Shown: piece by piece, positions 54,827-64,000 of the stretch | How the letters are laid out: each line of letters begins with the position of its first letter | Position numbering within the stretch: position 1 is the stretch's first letter | Assembly (NCBI GenBank): GCA_964370835.1 | Contig: CAYJLO010000005.1 | Coordinates: 3,643-67,642, forward strand | DNA from: an uncultured Desulfovibrionaceae bacterium | GTDB taxonomy: Bacteria > Desulfobacterota > Desulfovibrionia > Desulfovibrionales > Desulfovibrionaceae | Length of the DNA: 64,000 bases | Direction of reading: 5' to 3' | Made by a program: the position numbers and the translations under genes | Notes under the pieces: model-generated | Told to the model about the DNA's origin: nothing | The model's input: the letters and a program-made list of their open reading frames with translations, nothing else | The model's database searches: none

Positions 54827-56768
54827 TAAAGGTTTGACCCTTATGGAGCTTTTGGTAGTTATTTCCATATTGGGTCTGCTCGTAACGGTGATGCTCCCTT
54901 TTCAAGGGCGTATGTCCGACAATGCCAAGAGGGAAGAAACCATTCAACTTCTTGAGTCCATTCGCTTTGGTTTGTTAGGGGCGGAAAATGCCTATGATGC
55001 CAATGGTAATCGTGTGCTTGGTGGCTATGTGGGTGATTATGGCACTTTGCCTGATTTTGTGGTGCATGAGTGGGATACGGCAAGCAATTATTTGGTAATA
55101 CCTGAAGATTCAAGTACTCCAGATGCGCCTACCATTTTAGATTGGGCAGATGTAAACAAGCAGAATTATCATGACGCAAGCATCATGCCTCTTGGTCTTT
55201 GGACAAATACCATAAGGGTTGACGATGGTTCGTCAACTGGCATTATTCATAATTTCATGCCCCATGCAGATTGGAATGGGCCTTATGTGGTTGTCCCTCG
55301 TGATGACTTTTCCGGTGATGATGATTTGTATCCCTATACAGCTCCCAGCGGAAGCCCTAGCGTTCACAATGATGAATCACGGAATTTCTTATTGCGCCAA
55401 GGTGAGGGAAGATTCACTGACGGTTGGGGCTCTGCCATACACATTTATTTTGATGGTAATAAAAATTTGTATTTTGTTAGTGCAGGGTCGGATAGAAGGA
55501 TAACTTTTGGCGATGAGTCCTCTGTTGCTAAACCGAATTTTGGTCCGGCTGATTCCTCCTTGCCCCATAATGAGGATAATCTTGTTTTGATGATTTCCCA
55601 TGAACAATGGAACTTGGAAGATCAAAAAATTGCCACAACAAAAATGCAACTTAAGGATTTAAGAACAGCCATCCTTGGCTACCGTGGGTCTGTCACCGAT
55701 GGAGTACAGCAACCCAATGGCTTCATCGCTGATATGGGCAGTATGGAACTGCTGACAGGGTCTTATGTACATGATGGGACAAATGCGTATAAATGCATAG
55801 AAAGTCATATTTCCACTGGTGCTTCTTTTTCTGTTGATAGTAGTTGGGTAGCTATCACCGGTGGTGCTACCGGTAAAACCTTGGCAGATTATCCCTCGGT
55901 GACTGCATGGGCTACAAATCGCCACTATATAGGGGCGCAACCGCAATTATTATTTTCCAATGCTGCCTATGTGAGAGATGGGGGGACATATTATCGTTAT
56001 ATTCATGAAACTCCCAGTGGGCAATCTACGGGAACAACAACACATTGGCTGGAAGATACCACCTTTGATGGGCATGTGTGGGGGGTGCAAGAGTACTCTG
56101 GCTTAAGAACATATTCTCGAAGCAGTAAGGATGTATGGAAGTATTATTCCAATGTGGGCTTTGGAGTGGGCTGGCGTGGTCCTTATATATCAGGGCGTGA
56201 AGCACCCCTTACCGATGCCTTTGGGGGAGAAATCCGTTTCGATTTAGACACAAATGGCAATGTGATTTTACAAAGTGCGGGGCCGGATAAGGATTATACT
56301 ACCATTACAGATAATATCGTGGAAACCATATACCGCTCCGATTTTGAAATTTCTGTAACGGTTCTTGTGAAACCTCGTACAGCAACTCCGCCTGTAGCCA
56401 TGAATGAAAATGATTGTGTGTCCATGTATACAGCTTTTAATGGCGAACTCGCTTATTTCAACGTGCAGCAAACTTCTTTGAGCGGTACCGACGGGGAGTT
56501 CTTGTTTACAAAAGACGGAGAAGCGACTGTTATTCCTACCCCCATATCTGATGGCACAGTTGTTAAAAATGCTATACCTCTCACCACGCTTTCTCCCATT
56601 GTTCCTGCAGAATGGTATGATAAAGCGGGGGGCGGAGGCGTAAGACTTCCCATAGGTAGTGCTTTGGCAGTCTTTAGAGAAAATACGACGTATACCTCCC
56701 CCGATGGGTATCAGGAAACTTTTATTCTCCATCCGCGAACGGCTCCCACATTGACTCTTGGGGACTAA
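54816..56768 (+). CDS. Very large prepilin-type protein (650 aa) with CBM5/12-like segments; candidate tip or minor pilin adhesin
   Basis: Class III signal MRGDKG|LTLMELLVVISILGLLV, with Glu(+5). A GGAGGG RBS precedes the ATG at 54816. The remainder is a ~620-aa Trp/Tyr/Gly/Thr-rich globular part including two Y..DG....Y.(C/Y)I..H.......W segments. Confidence 0.8.
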   Translation: MRGDKGLTLMELLVVISILGLLVTVMLPFQGRMSDNAKREETIQLLESIRFGLLGAENAYDANGNRVLGGYVGDYGTLPDFVVHEWDTASNYLVIPEDSSTPDAPTILDWADVNKQNYHDASIMPLGLWTNTIRVDDGSSTGIIHNFMPHADWNGPYVVVPRDDFSGDDDLYPYTAPSGSPSVHNDESRNFLLRQGEGRFTDGWGSAIHIYFDGNKNLYFVSAGSDRRITFGDESSVAKPNFGPADSSLPHNEDNLVLMISHEQWNLEDQKIATTKMQLKDLRTAILGYRGSVTDGVQQPNGFIADMGSMELLTGSYVHDGTNAYKCIESHISTGASFSVDSSWVAITGGATGKTLADYPSVTAWATNRHYIGAQPQLLFSNAAYVRDGGTYYRYIHETPSGQSTGTTTHWLEDTTFDGHVWGVQEYSGLRTYSRSSKDVWKYYSNVGFGVGWRGPYISGREAPLTDAFGGEIRFDLDTNGNVILQSAGPDKDYTTITDNIVETIYRSDFEISVTVLVKPRTATPPVAMNENDCVSMYTAFNGELAYFNVQQTSLSGTDGEFLFTKDGEATVIPTPISDGTVVKNAIPLTTLSPIVPAEWYDKAGGGGVRLPIGSALAVFRENTTYTSPDGYQETFILHPRTAPTLTLGD

Positions 56769-56826
56769 ATAGAAAGACAAATGCGTACATATTATGAATA
56801 ACCTCTTACAGTAAAGGTCTAGTATC

Positions 56827-57330
56827 ATGAAAAATTTTATGATGATTTTACTTGCGCTTTGCGTGTTTATGGGAACAGCTTTGCCAAGTCATGCCCATAA
56901 TCGTGCCGGTTTAATTAAAATTGCCCTCGATGCTGATACGTTAAATGAAAATCATGTTGCGTACTATTTTGAAGCTAAAGTGGCTGCGCGGCAAGATGAA
57001 GAAGGTAACGTTAACAGATTTTTTGTGTGGAGTTTTGATAAAATCGACACATTAGGTGATAAAGCCAATATTGAAGTGACTATTATTGATCAAAGGAAGA
57101 ATGAAAAATCTAAGGAAACTTTTTATTTAGCGCGTAATGCTGACGATTCATGGAACCATGTGGACGCTGAAGGAAAGGTTATTACAGCAAGCATATATAC
57201 CATGGTAGAGCCTACAGACTACACCGTATATTATCAATTGGGTGGTCTTGTGCTGGTCATGTGCGCGCTGGGTGTTGTGTTGCTCTTCATGATTCGAGCC
57301 CGTAAGAAAAAACAAAGCGAGAAAGCATAA
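56827..57330 (+). CDS. Hypothetical bitopic protein (signal peptide plus C-terminal TM anchor)
   Basis: N-terminal signal MKNFMMILLALCVFMGTALPSHA, a ~120-aa soluble domain, a C-terminal TM helix (LGGLVLVMCALGVVLLFMI) and a basic tail. No family recognised. Confidence 0.5.
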   Translation: MKNFMMILLALCVFMGTALPSHAHNRAGLIKIALDADTLNENHVAYYFEAKVAARQDEEGNVNRFFVWSFDKIDTLGDKANIEVTIIDQRKNEKSKETFYLARNADDSWNHVDAEGKVITASIYTMVEPTDYTVYYQLGGLVLVMCALGVVLLFMIRARKKKQSEKA

Positions 57331-57523
57331 TAAGACATATTCGCCCTGTGCGGTAATTTGACAGATTTTAAGAGGATGTACTCCATATTTTTCTACGCTT
57401 TTTTTATGGGGTATATACGCATTATCAAAATAAAAAGCGTTTGTACTTTCACTATAACTTATGCAATGTGTTGCTGCTATGCTCCTTGCAAGGGCTGGTA
57501 AGAATGCCTTGCTATGGCACACC

Positions 57524-58282
57524 ATGACTGAATTTACACTATATTTTACCCTAACTCTTCTTTTGGGGTTGGCTCTTGGTAGTTTTTGCGGCAGTGCCAG
57601 TTATCGTATTGCCCATGAATGGTCTTTATTCACCCCTTCAGGTTCACATTGCCCCGACTGTGGCAAGCGCCTTGGATGGAAAGAAAATATACCTCTTGTC
57701 AGCTTTATTCTTCAAAGAGGACGTTGCAGAGGGTGTGACGCCAAGCTTTCTTATTTGTATCCCATTGCGGAATTGAGCTTTGCTTGTTGGTCAGTGTTGC
57801 TCTTTTTGCGTTATGGCATATCGGAAGAATATGGGGTGTTTATGGGCATAGGGCTTATTTTTTTACTCATTGCCTTGGTAGACCTTGAAGCTTTTTTTAT
57901 TCCTGACCTATTGGTGCTTGTGGGTGCGGTCTTAGCTGGTGCGGCTTCTTTCTTTGGTATCGGTGTGCCCTTTCGCGATGCCCTCATGGCCGCTGTCATA
58001 GGCACTGTCATCATGCAAGGCATTCGATGGGGCTATCAATTTGTCCGTAAGCAAGAAGGTATGGGCTTTGGCGATGTAAAACTCATGTTTTTGCTGGGCT
58101 TGTGCTCAGGAACTCTAGGCTTGCCCCATGTGTTTTTATTGTCTTCTGTATTGGCTTTGCTGTGCACAGTCATAGCGCACTGGAAAAATGTACATAAAGA
58201 AACAAAACTTCCTTTCGGCCCTTATCTTTGTGCGGGATGCGCTTTGTATATGCTTTTTGGCGAGGGCTTGTTCATATGCTAG
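57524..58282 (+). CDS. pilD: Prepilin peptidase (A24 family, PilD/GspO)
   Basis: CPDCGKRLGWKENIPLVSFILQRGRCRGC (the CxxC...CxxC region), LVDLEAFFIPD and GFGDVKLM (the two catalytic Asp regions). The start is set at ATG 57524, directly before the first TM helix. Confidence 0.9.
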   Translation: MTEFTLYFTLTLLLGLALGSFCGSASYRIAHEWSLFTPSGSHCPDCGKRLGWKENIPLVSFILQRGRCRGCDAKLSYLYPIAELSFACWSVLLFLRYGISEEYGVFMGIGLIFLLIALVDLEAFFIPDLLVLVGAVLAGAASFFGIGVPFRDALMAAVIGTVIMQGIRWGYQFVRKQEGMGFGDVKLMFLLGLCSGTLGLPHVFLLSSVLALLCTVIAHWKNVHKETKLPFGPYLCAGCALYMLFGEGLFIC

Positions 58283-58301
58283 TTGAGGTGAGGGCATAGC
58301 C

Positions 58302-59207
58302 ATGGTGCAAGGCATGTGGAGAAAAGGAATGCTGTTTATATGGTGCGTGGCTGCTTTCTTTTGCCCTTTAGAAGCTAAGGGCACTGACACCGAGCAAACA
58401 CAGCACTTACTTCGTGAAGCTGAGTCTTTTTTGAAAATAGGCTATATCTTGCAAAAAAATGGCCTTGCAGAAAAAGCACTTCTCGCTTTTCAAAAAAGCC
58501 ATGCGCTCTTACTTCAGGCCAGTGAACAAGGGGATAAGCATGCAAAAGAGCAGCTTAAAACCCTTTTAAAAATCTATGATGCTAAATTTTCTGTACCCAA
58601 AGTGACTGCTGCAGGTTCACTTATGGCCGATAGTCGATGGCGTAAAAGTTCTTTGCCAAGTACTGTGCAAGCAAAGCAGGTGAACTCACAGATACAGCGT
58701 TTGCTGACAAAGAATAGAAATTTTTTGGAGACAAGTTTTCGCAAATCTAAGCCTTTTATTCCCATGATTAGGAAGGAATTTTCTCATCACGGACTTCCCT
58801 TGGAGCTTGCTTATTTGGCGCTCATAGAAAGTGGTTTTGACACAAAAGTTCTTTCGCATGCCGGAGCTCGGGGCATGTGGCAATTTATGCCGGAAACAGC
58901 CAGACAGTACGGGCTTGTGGTTTCGCCTACGCATGATGAAAGGCTTGATCCCATTAAATCCACGAAGGCCGCGGCCATGTATCTTAAAAAATTACATAAT
59001 CAATTTAAAGATTGGCCTTTGGCACTGGCTGCATACAATTGTGGTGAATACCGTGTGAGCAAAGCCATGCAAAAACATAATGCTAAAAATTTTTGGCAAT
59101 TATTACAGCATAATGCATTACCAAAGGAAACACAAAAATATGTTCCCAGTGTTCTAGCTGCGGCCATCATTTCACAAAATATTCATAAATATGGCCTGAC
59201 TCCTTAG
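58302..59207 (+). CDS. Lytic transglycosylase (SLT domain) with an N-terminal helical-repeat region
   Basis: SLT motifs LIESGFD, GARGMWQFMPETA and AAYNCGEYRV, with a signal-like N-terminus. Confidence 0.85.
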   Translation: MVQGMWRKGMLFIWCVAAFFCPLEAKGTDTEQTQHLLREAESFLKIGYILQKNGLAEKALLAFQKSHALLLQASEQGDKHAKEQLKTLLKIYDAKFSVPKVTAAGSLMADSRWRKSSLPSTVQAKQVNSQIQRLLTKNRNFLETSFRKSKPFIPMIRKEFSHHGLPLELAYLALIESGFDTKVLSHAGARGMWQFMPETARQYGLVVSPTHDERLDPIKSTKAAAMYLKKLHNQFKDWPLALAAYNCGEYRVSKAMQKHNAKNFWQLLQHNALPKETQKYVPSVLAAAIISQNIHKYGLTP

Positions 59208-59297
59208 TTGAGTAGGGCCTAAAAACCAAAACTTAATTTTCATTTATTTCGCGCAAATGTACTGTGCAGATGACATATAGGTCGTGAAGGAGTAGGT

Positions 59298-60341
59298 ATG
59301 ACAACTATTTTTACTATTATTGCTACCTTGGGAGCATTAGTTTTTTTTCATGAATTGGGGCATCTTATTACTGCAAAATATTTTGGTATTGGAGTAAGGG
59401 TGTTTTCATTGGGCTTTGGCCCGAAGATAACCTCGCGTACTTTTCGCGGCACAGAGTATCGACTATCTTTAATTCCCTTGGGGGGCTATGTTTCTTTTAA
59501 AGATACAACCTTATCCGACGGTGTGAAAGGGTATACCTTTGAGGAAACGTCCATCACGGTACGTTCTTTGGTGGTATTGGCAGGGCCCGTGGCCAATATT
59601 ATTCTTGCTTTTGTGCTTTTTTGGGGTGTTTTTTGGTTTAATGGTTTAAGTGTGCTTGATCCCGTGGTGGGAAGTGTTCTGCCAAGAAGTCCGGCCATGA
59701 AAGCTTCTGTGCAAGAGGGGGATACCATAGTAAAAATTGCCGGAGTAAAAATTTCTTATTGGGATAATGTGCTGGAACAAATGGCTATCACGCAAGGAGA
59801 GCCCTTTGATATGGTAGTACTTCGCCAAGGCAAAGAAATAACGTTGCATGTAAAACCCAATCAACGAATACAAAAAAATATCTTTGGGGAATCTAAAACT
59901 GTTGGCTTTATAGGTATTAACCCTCAAGGTCCTTGGAAAATACGTGAGCTCACAGTGATTGAATCTGCCATGGAAAGCTTCTCTTTCACATGGCAAACCA
60001 TTGTTGAAACCGCCAAGGCTTTTTATATGCTTATGGCAGGGGCACTGCCTTCCGATGCCATTGGTGGCCCCATCATGATTTCTCAAGCCATAAGTGATCA
60101 AGCGGAGAAGGGGCTTTCCACATTGCTGGTTCTTATTGCAATTATTAGTGCCAATTTAGCTGTGGTAAATCTGCTCCCTTTGCCTGTGCTTGATGGTGGG
60201 CATCTTCTCATGTTTGCCATAGAAGCCGTAAGAGGGCGCCCCATTTCAGAAAAAATACAAAGAAATTTTCAGCGAGCTGGGTTGGCTGTGCTTCTTATTT
60301 TAATGAGTTTAGGCGTATATAATGATATTAGCCGACTGTAG
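59298..60341 (+). CDS. rseP: RIP site-2 metalloprotease RseP (M50 family)
   Basis: HELGH zinc motif in TM1, a PDZ domain (GDTIVKIAGVKI), and NLLPLPVLDGGH in the C-terminal TM region. Confidence 0.9.
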   Translation: MTTIFTIIATLGALVFFHELGHLITAKYFGIGVRVFSLGFGPKITSRTFRGTEYRLSLIPLGGYVSFKDTTLSDGVKGYTFEETSITVRSLVVLAGPVANIILAFVLFWGVFWFNGLSVLDPVVGSVLPRSPAMKASVQEGDTIVKIAGVKISYWDNVLEQMAITQGEPFDMVVLRQGKEITLHVKPNQRIQKNIFGESKTVGFIGINPQGPWKIRELTVIESAMESFSFTWQTIVETAKAFYMLMAGALPSDAIGGPIMISQAISDQAEKGLSTLLVLIAIISANLAVVNLLPLPVLDGGHLLMFAIEAVRGRPISEKIQRNFQRAGLAVLLILMSLGVYNDISRL

Positions 60342-60465
60342 GGCAGTAGGCGTGGCAAGGGTAAGTTTTTTATATGTTTCGCAAGCTTTCAGGGCATAGA
60401 TTTGTGTAAACATTACGTATATCTTTCTTTCTAATGGTCTTTGGAAAAATATTTCAATACTTCTC

Positions 60466-60492
60466 TAAATATTTTTGATTATTTACCGATAA
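60466..60492 (+). promoter_or_regulatory. Sigma-28 (FliA) promoter candidate for the chemoreceptor gene
   Basis: TAAA (60466-60469), exactly N15, then ACCGATAA (60485-60492), compared with the consensus TAAA-N15-GCCGATAA. It lies about 110 nt upstream of the ATG at 60604. Confidence 0.55.
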
Positions 60493-60603
60493 AATATGTG
60501 AAAAGTGTGATTTAGGATAGCAAATGTGGCCATGTGATAGGCAAACGAATTGGGGTTAGGGGTTACATATAGTACTTATGCAAGATTAAATAAGGGTAAA
60601 ATT

Positions 60604-62778
60604 ATGAAAATTAGAACTACTTTTTTTATCTCGAATGTTTTAGTTGTTCTTATGATATTTGTATCATTATATTTTTTATTTTCGGCAAGTAACTCATTTG
60701 TTGAAATGCAAAAAGTTAATGAAAATAATGATACTCTGATAGAATTGTCGCGTGAGTTAAGAGACTCCTCTGAGGCATTAACGGATAATGTACGCTTATA
60801 TGTGGCAAATAATGACGAAAAGTTTAAGCTGGAATATGATAATATCGTTGATATAAGAGCCGGTAAATTGCCACGTCCACAAAGTGCCAGCGTTGCTCCT
60901 GGTGAAAACGTATCCTTGCTTGATCTGTTGCGCCAATACGGTTTGACAAACGAAGAGTTTGCTTTACTTGAAAAGTCAAATGCCCTTTCAAATACTTTGA
61001 TAGATATTGAAGTGGAAGCTATGAACGCCATGGCGGGAAAGTTTAAGGATAGCTTTGGAATGTACACAGTACATTCTTCTCCTGACCAGCAAAAAGCTCT
61101 TGAATTAGTGTTTGGCGAGCAGTATAGAAATCAAGCTTCCCAAATTATGGCTCCCATTGATGAATTTTTTTCAAAATTATCCTATAGAACAACAGCTCTT
61201 GCTCAAAATGTGACCGACGAATTCACAAGGTCTGAATACATAGCCATGGTTTGTATGATTATTACAATTGTCTTAGCTATTTTTTCTTATTTATTCACCA
61301 GGCAAGTAGTCATTAAGCCCATAGAGCAAGCAACTGTTTTTGCAAAAGAAGTGAGTATGGGGAATTTAACAGCCACCATTGATTTGAAAAAGCAAAATGA
61401 AATTGGCCAACTTGTGAACGCCATGCGTACTATACTTACTGCTTTGAATGCTATAGTTACAGAAGTTTATCAGACCTCAAACAAGATTTCATCTGGAGAA
61501 TTAGCTGCAGTAGCCAATGATGAAGAATTTCATGGTGGTTTCAAAGACCTTGTTGTTTCCATAAATAATCTTTCAAAATCATATCAAGAATTACTTGATA
61601 CCATGCCTACAAGTCTGTTTACAGCAACGCCAGACAATAAAATAGTTTATATGAATAGTACGGCTAAAAATGCGTTAAAAATAACAGATGCCGTAGGGAA
61701 AAACTGTGGAAAGCTTTTTAATTCACCAGCCTGCGGCAATGAAAACTGTTTAGGAAATTCTTCCATCGCTCAACGTGGTAATATAAATTCCATAGCTCCT
61801 TGTATGGTTAATGGTATAAATATGCATTTTGATGTATTTGCAAAACCGCTTTATGATGTAAATGGCAATGCTGTGGGATACATTGAATTTTTAAATGATA
61901 TTACACAAGTTCAAGAGCAAAGCGATGCCATTAAGGAAATGTCAATACAAGCCACTGCCATTGCATCTCGTGTGGCCTCTGCCACAGAGGAGCTCTCAGC
62001 TCAAACAGAATTTATAGTTGAAGGTTCCAATTTCCAACGAGAGAGTATTGAAAGAACGAGCACAGCAATGACAGAAATGAACGTTTCTGTGCAAGAAGTA
62101 GCACATAATGCTGTTATTACGGCAGAACAAAGTAATTCTGTGCTTCAAAAAGCACAAGAAGGCATTGGTAATATTGGGCAAATGTCGAACGCAATGGAAA
62201 CCTTGACAGGCTCAGCTGATAATCTCACTCACAATATGGAAAAGCTTGATCAACTTTCTGCTGGAATCGGAAGCATTATCAACGTCATTACGGATATTGC
62301 CGATCAAACAAACCTTCTTGCACTTAATGCTGCCATTGAGGCCGCAAGAGCTGGAGAAGCAGGACGCGGGTTTGCAGTTGTTGCTGATGAAGTTAGAAAG
62401 CTTGCTGAAAAAACAATGGATGCCACACGTGAAGTAAGTGAAAGTGTGCGCTCCATTCAGAATTCAAGCACAGCAAACCAAGAAGAAGTAAAGAGAGTTG
62501 TCTCTCAAATATTGCAAACATCTGAATTTGCAAAGCAATCAGAAGCTTCTTTGCAGGAGATTGCATCCGTAACAAGCCAAAATACGGATATGATTCATCA
62601 AATTGCAAGTGCTGCCAATGAACAAACGACCGTGTCGGAAGATATTTCGCAATCCATGAGCGATATCAATGAAGCTGTAAATAAAAATACTGAAGCTATT
62701 ATTCAATCTGCCGATGCCATTCGCGAACTTGCAGAGCAAGCACAAGAGTTGCAAAGAACTATGAGTCGAACATCGTAA
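60604..62778 (+). CDS. Methyl-accepting chemotaxis protein (helical periplasmic sensor, HAMP, PAS-like domain with a Cys cluster, MA domain)
   Basis: Two TM helices flank a ~190-aa helical domain. The HAMP domain contains [18 protein letters not shown] cytoplasmic PAS-like segment follows. The signalling hairpin [34 protein letters not shown] is highly conserved. The start is set at ATG 60604 (MKIRTTFF...). Confidence 0.9.
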   Translation: MKIRTTFFISNVLVVLMIFVSLYFLFSASNSFVEMQKVNENNDTLIELSRELRDSSEALTDNVRLYVANNDEKFKLEYDNIVDIRAGKLPRPQSASVAPGENVSLLDLLRQYGLTNEEFALLEKSNALSNTLIDIEVEAMNAMAGKFKDSFGMYTVHSSPDQQKALELVFGEQYRNQASQIMAPIDEFFSKLSYRTTALAQNVTDEFTRSEYIAMVCMIITIVLAIFSYLFTRQVVIKPIEQATVFAKEVSMGNLTATIDLKKQNEIGQLVNAMRTILTALNAIVTEVYQTSNKISSGELAAVANDEEFHGGFKDLVVSINNLSKSYQELLDTMPTSLFTATPDNKIVYMNSTAKNALKITDAVGKNCGKLFNSPACGNENCLGNSSIAQRGNINSIAPCMVNGINMHFDVFAKPLYDVNGNAVGYIEFLNDITQVQEQSDAIKEMSIQATAIASRVASATEELSAQTEFIVEGSNFQRESIERTSTAMTEMNVSVQEVAHNAVITAEQSNSVLQKAQEGIGNIGQMSNAMETLTGSADNLTHNMEKLDQLSAGIGSIINVITDIADQTNLLALNAAIEAARAGEAGRGFAVVADEVRKLAEKTMDATREVSESVRSIQNSSTANQEEVKRVVSQILQTSEFAKQSEASLQEIASVTSQNTDMIHQIASAANEQTTVSEDISQSMSDINEAVNKNTEAIIQSADAIRELAEQAQELQRTMSRTS

Positions 62779-63241
62779 CAGGTGATGATTTCATGGCGCA
62801 AGTAAAGGTTGGAAAAAGATATTAACGTATCATTACTTCGCGCCATGAATAGCGCATGTATTGCCCAGTGATGTGTAAAAGAAAAGATATGACTGACATA
62901 CTGAAATCTGTGATGGGTAAATGTCTTTTCAGCATTACTGGTACCAATGCCTCTTGGGCATGTATATAAAACCTTACACCGCGAGTTGATAAATAGTTGA
63001 CACTGAAAATTATTTAAGCGTAGGTAAAGATAAAATTTTTAGTTTGAGTAGCATAATAAGCTTTGCCAAAAATTAATGTATGGAATGCGTTTTTATGTAT
63101 CGACTAAATACAGACGTGTTATTTCAAGAGAAGCTCCTTCCAAAGGAGTGTCTCTCATGTTTTTAATCTGTTTGTGCTTATGGTGATTAGGTACTTTTGC
63201 TTCTGGTTTGCTCTCTTTTCTTAATACCCGTGCGAAAGATT

Positions 63242-63285
63242 AAAAAGCCTCCCGCGAAACCATGTGTTCACGGGAGGCTTTTTAT
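63242..63285. terminator. Bidirectional Rho-independent terminator
   Basis: AAAAAGCCTCCCG ...16-nt loop... CGGGAGGCTTTTT: a 10-bp GC-rich stem flanked by an A-run and a T-run. It lies about 90 nt downstream of the TcuB-like gene stop on the minus strand. Confidence 0.75.
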
Positions 63286-63372
63286 GGAAGGTGTTATGTT
63301 GCTAATTAAAAGGAGAAGAGTTCTCTTTTTATAAAAATCCCCCATAAGCAGAGTTCATGGGGGATATGATTT

Positions 63373-64000
63373 TTAGTGACCAGCGCTTTGTTCGCTTTCG
63401 TCAGCTCTGTATTGTTCTTGAGCATTGCGCACAAGAGCAAAGTAGCGATAGAGCATGTGAAGCATCTTACCGTAAGGGGCAAGAACAAAGAAAGCCAATA
63501 CGAAACCAAGGTGCACGGTGAGCATAAAGCCCATGACGCCGGTGCTTCTGAAGAAAAGAAGCAATAAGCCGGAGAAAGACACCCAGAACACAAGGCTTAC
63601 AAAGGAGCGATCCATGCCAGTGGTGAAAGGAGAAGTGGGCGCAGAGTCCATTTTACCTTTAAGCCACCAAAGACCCACAGCGCCTACACAGATGGAAATA
63701 CCACCAAGCGTACCAAAAATAACTGGTAAGCTGAAAGCGCTAAAGGGGTGAGGCCAGTTGAAAGCATGTTCAAAGGCAAAGGCGAAAATGGTGGCTGCAA
63801 AACAAGACAAGAAGCCATAGAAAACAGCATGGTGGAAATAACGACGACCATTACTGAAAGCTTCGTCAGGGTAGTTACAACCGTGGCCGCCGCCACCAAG
63901 ATAGCGCAAAGTAAAGGCGTCTTTCATGGCTTGCACGTGGGCGCGTTTGTCCCAAATATCGCTTAAAGGAGCACCAATGGATGTCCAGAAAGAGTAAACA
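63373..64000 (-). CDS. TcuB-like membrane redox protein, C-terminal part (5' end outside the window)
   Basis: The frame is open to the window edge. The motif LRYLGGGGHGCNYPDEAFSNGRRYFHH is followed by several TM helices (FYGFLSCFAATIF, LPVIFGTLGG, LLLLFF, HLGFVLAFFVLAPYGKMLH). This matches the C-terminal membrane half of tricarballylate-utilisation protein TcuB as I recall it. Confidence 0.6.
   Translation of the reverse strand, partial: VYSFWTSIGAPLSDIWDKRAHVQAMKDAFTLRYLGGGGHGCNYPDEAFSNGRRYFHHAVFYGFLSCFAATIFAFAFEHAFNWPHPFSAFSLPVIFGTLGGISICVGAVGLWWLKGKMDSAPTSPFTTGMDRSFVSLVFWVSFSGLLLLFFRSTGVMGFMLTVHLGFVLAFFVLAPYGKMLHMLYRYFALVRNAQEQYRADESEQSAGH

Noticed and set aside
62789-62848. Imperfect 16-bp inverted repeat (TTCATGGCGCAAGTAA ... 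TTACTTCGCGCCATGAA) just after the MCP stop, considered as its terminator.
   Set aside because: It has a large 27-nt loop, one bulge and no U-tract. It may stabilise the mRNA, but I cannot support a terminator call. The clear terminator is at 63242-63285.
1-64000. Search for mobile elements, defence systems, CRISPR arrays, toxin-antitoxin pairs, and tRNA/rRNA genes.
   Set aside because: None of the following was recognisable:
- transposase, integrase or recombinase motifs
- regularly spaced direct repeats
- nuclease/helicase/methylase gene sets
- tRNA-like T-arm sequences in the intergenic regions

Overview
The window reads as ordinary chromosomal DNA from a Desulfovibrionaceae-like anaerobe. 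The taxonomic guess is inference only, based on a Desulfovibrio-type trimeric-porin-like protein, a type III glutamine synthetase next to a stand-alone large GOGAT, a TcuB-like redox protein, and sigma-54 and sigma-28 promoter matches. I saw no rRNA, tRNA, CRISPR array, transposase, integrase or recognisable defence genes.

Gene content, left to right:
- a 5'-truncated autotransporter, a Skp-like protein and a SAM methyltransferase
- a GntR regulator divergent from a glycyl-radical-enzyme (GRE) activase, a GRE and a YkvI-like permease
- a 2799-aa VCBS/cadherin-like RTX adhesin on the minus strand
- an ACR3-like permease, a CDF transporter and a MATE transporter
- nikABCDE continuing without a gap into a second MATE gene and a porin
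- a roughly 1 kb ORF-free gap
- glnN (type III GS) and gltB behind a sigma-54 promoter match
- a flagellin gene
- a 15 kb type IV pilus / type II secretion-like locus, then RseP, a chemoreceptor and a truncated TcuB-like gene

The most unusual region is the pilus/secretion locus (43.9-59.2 kb). It combines a GspL-like fused assembly protein with a PilT retraction ATPase. It has only two prepilin-type proteins, and both are oversized (332 and 650 aa). The larger one carries two segments matching the CBM5/12 chitin-binding consensus, and a parvulin PPIase is embedded in the locus.

Secondary leads:
- the GRE locus with no assignable substrate and a striking twin-palindrome operator
- a LapG-type PAAG site in the giant adhesin, with no LapD/LapG or T1SS genes in the window
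- a long leader upstream of the adhesin
- the ORF-free repeat-bearing gap downstream of gltB

All functional calls rest on motif and architecture recognition by eye. No database search was possible.
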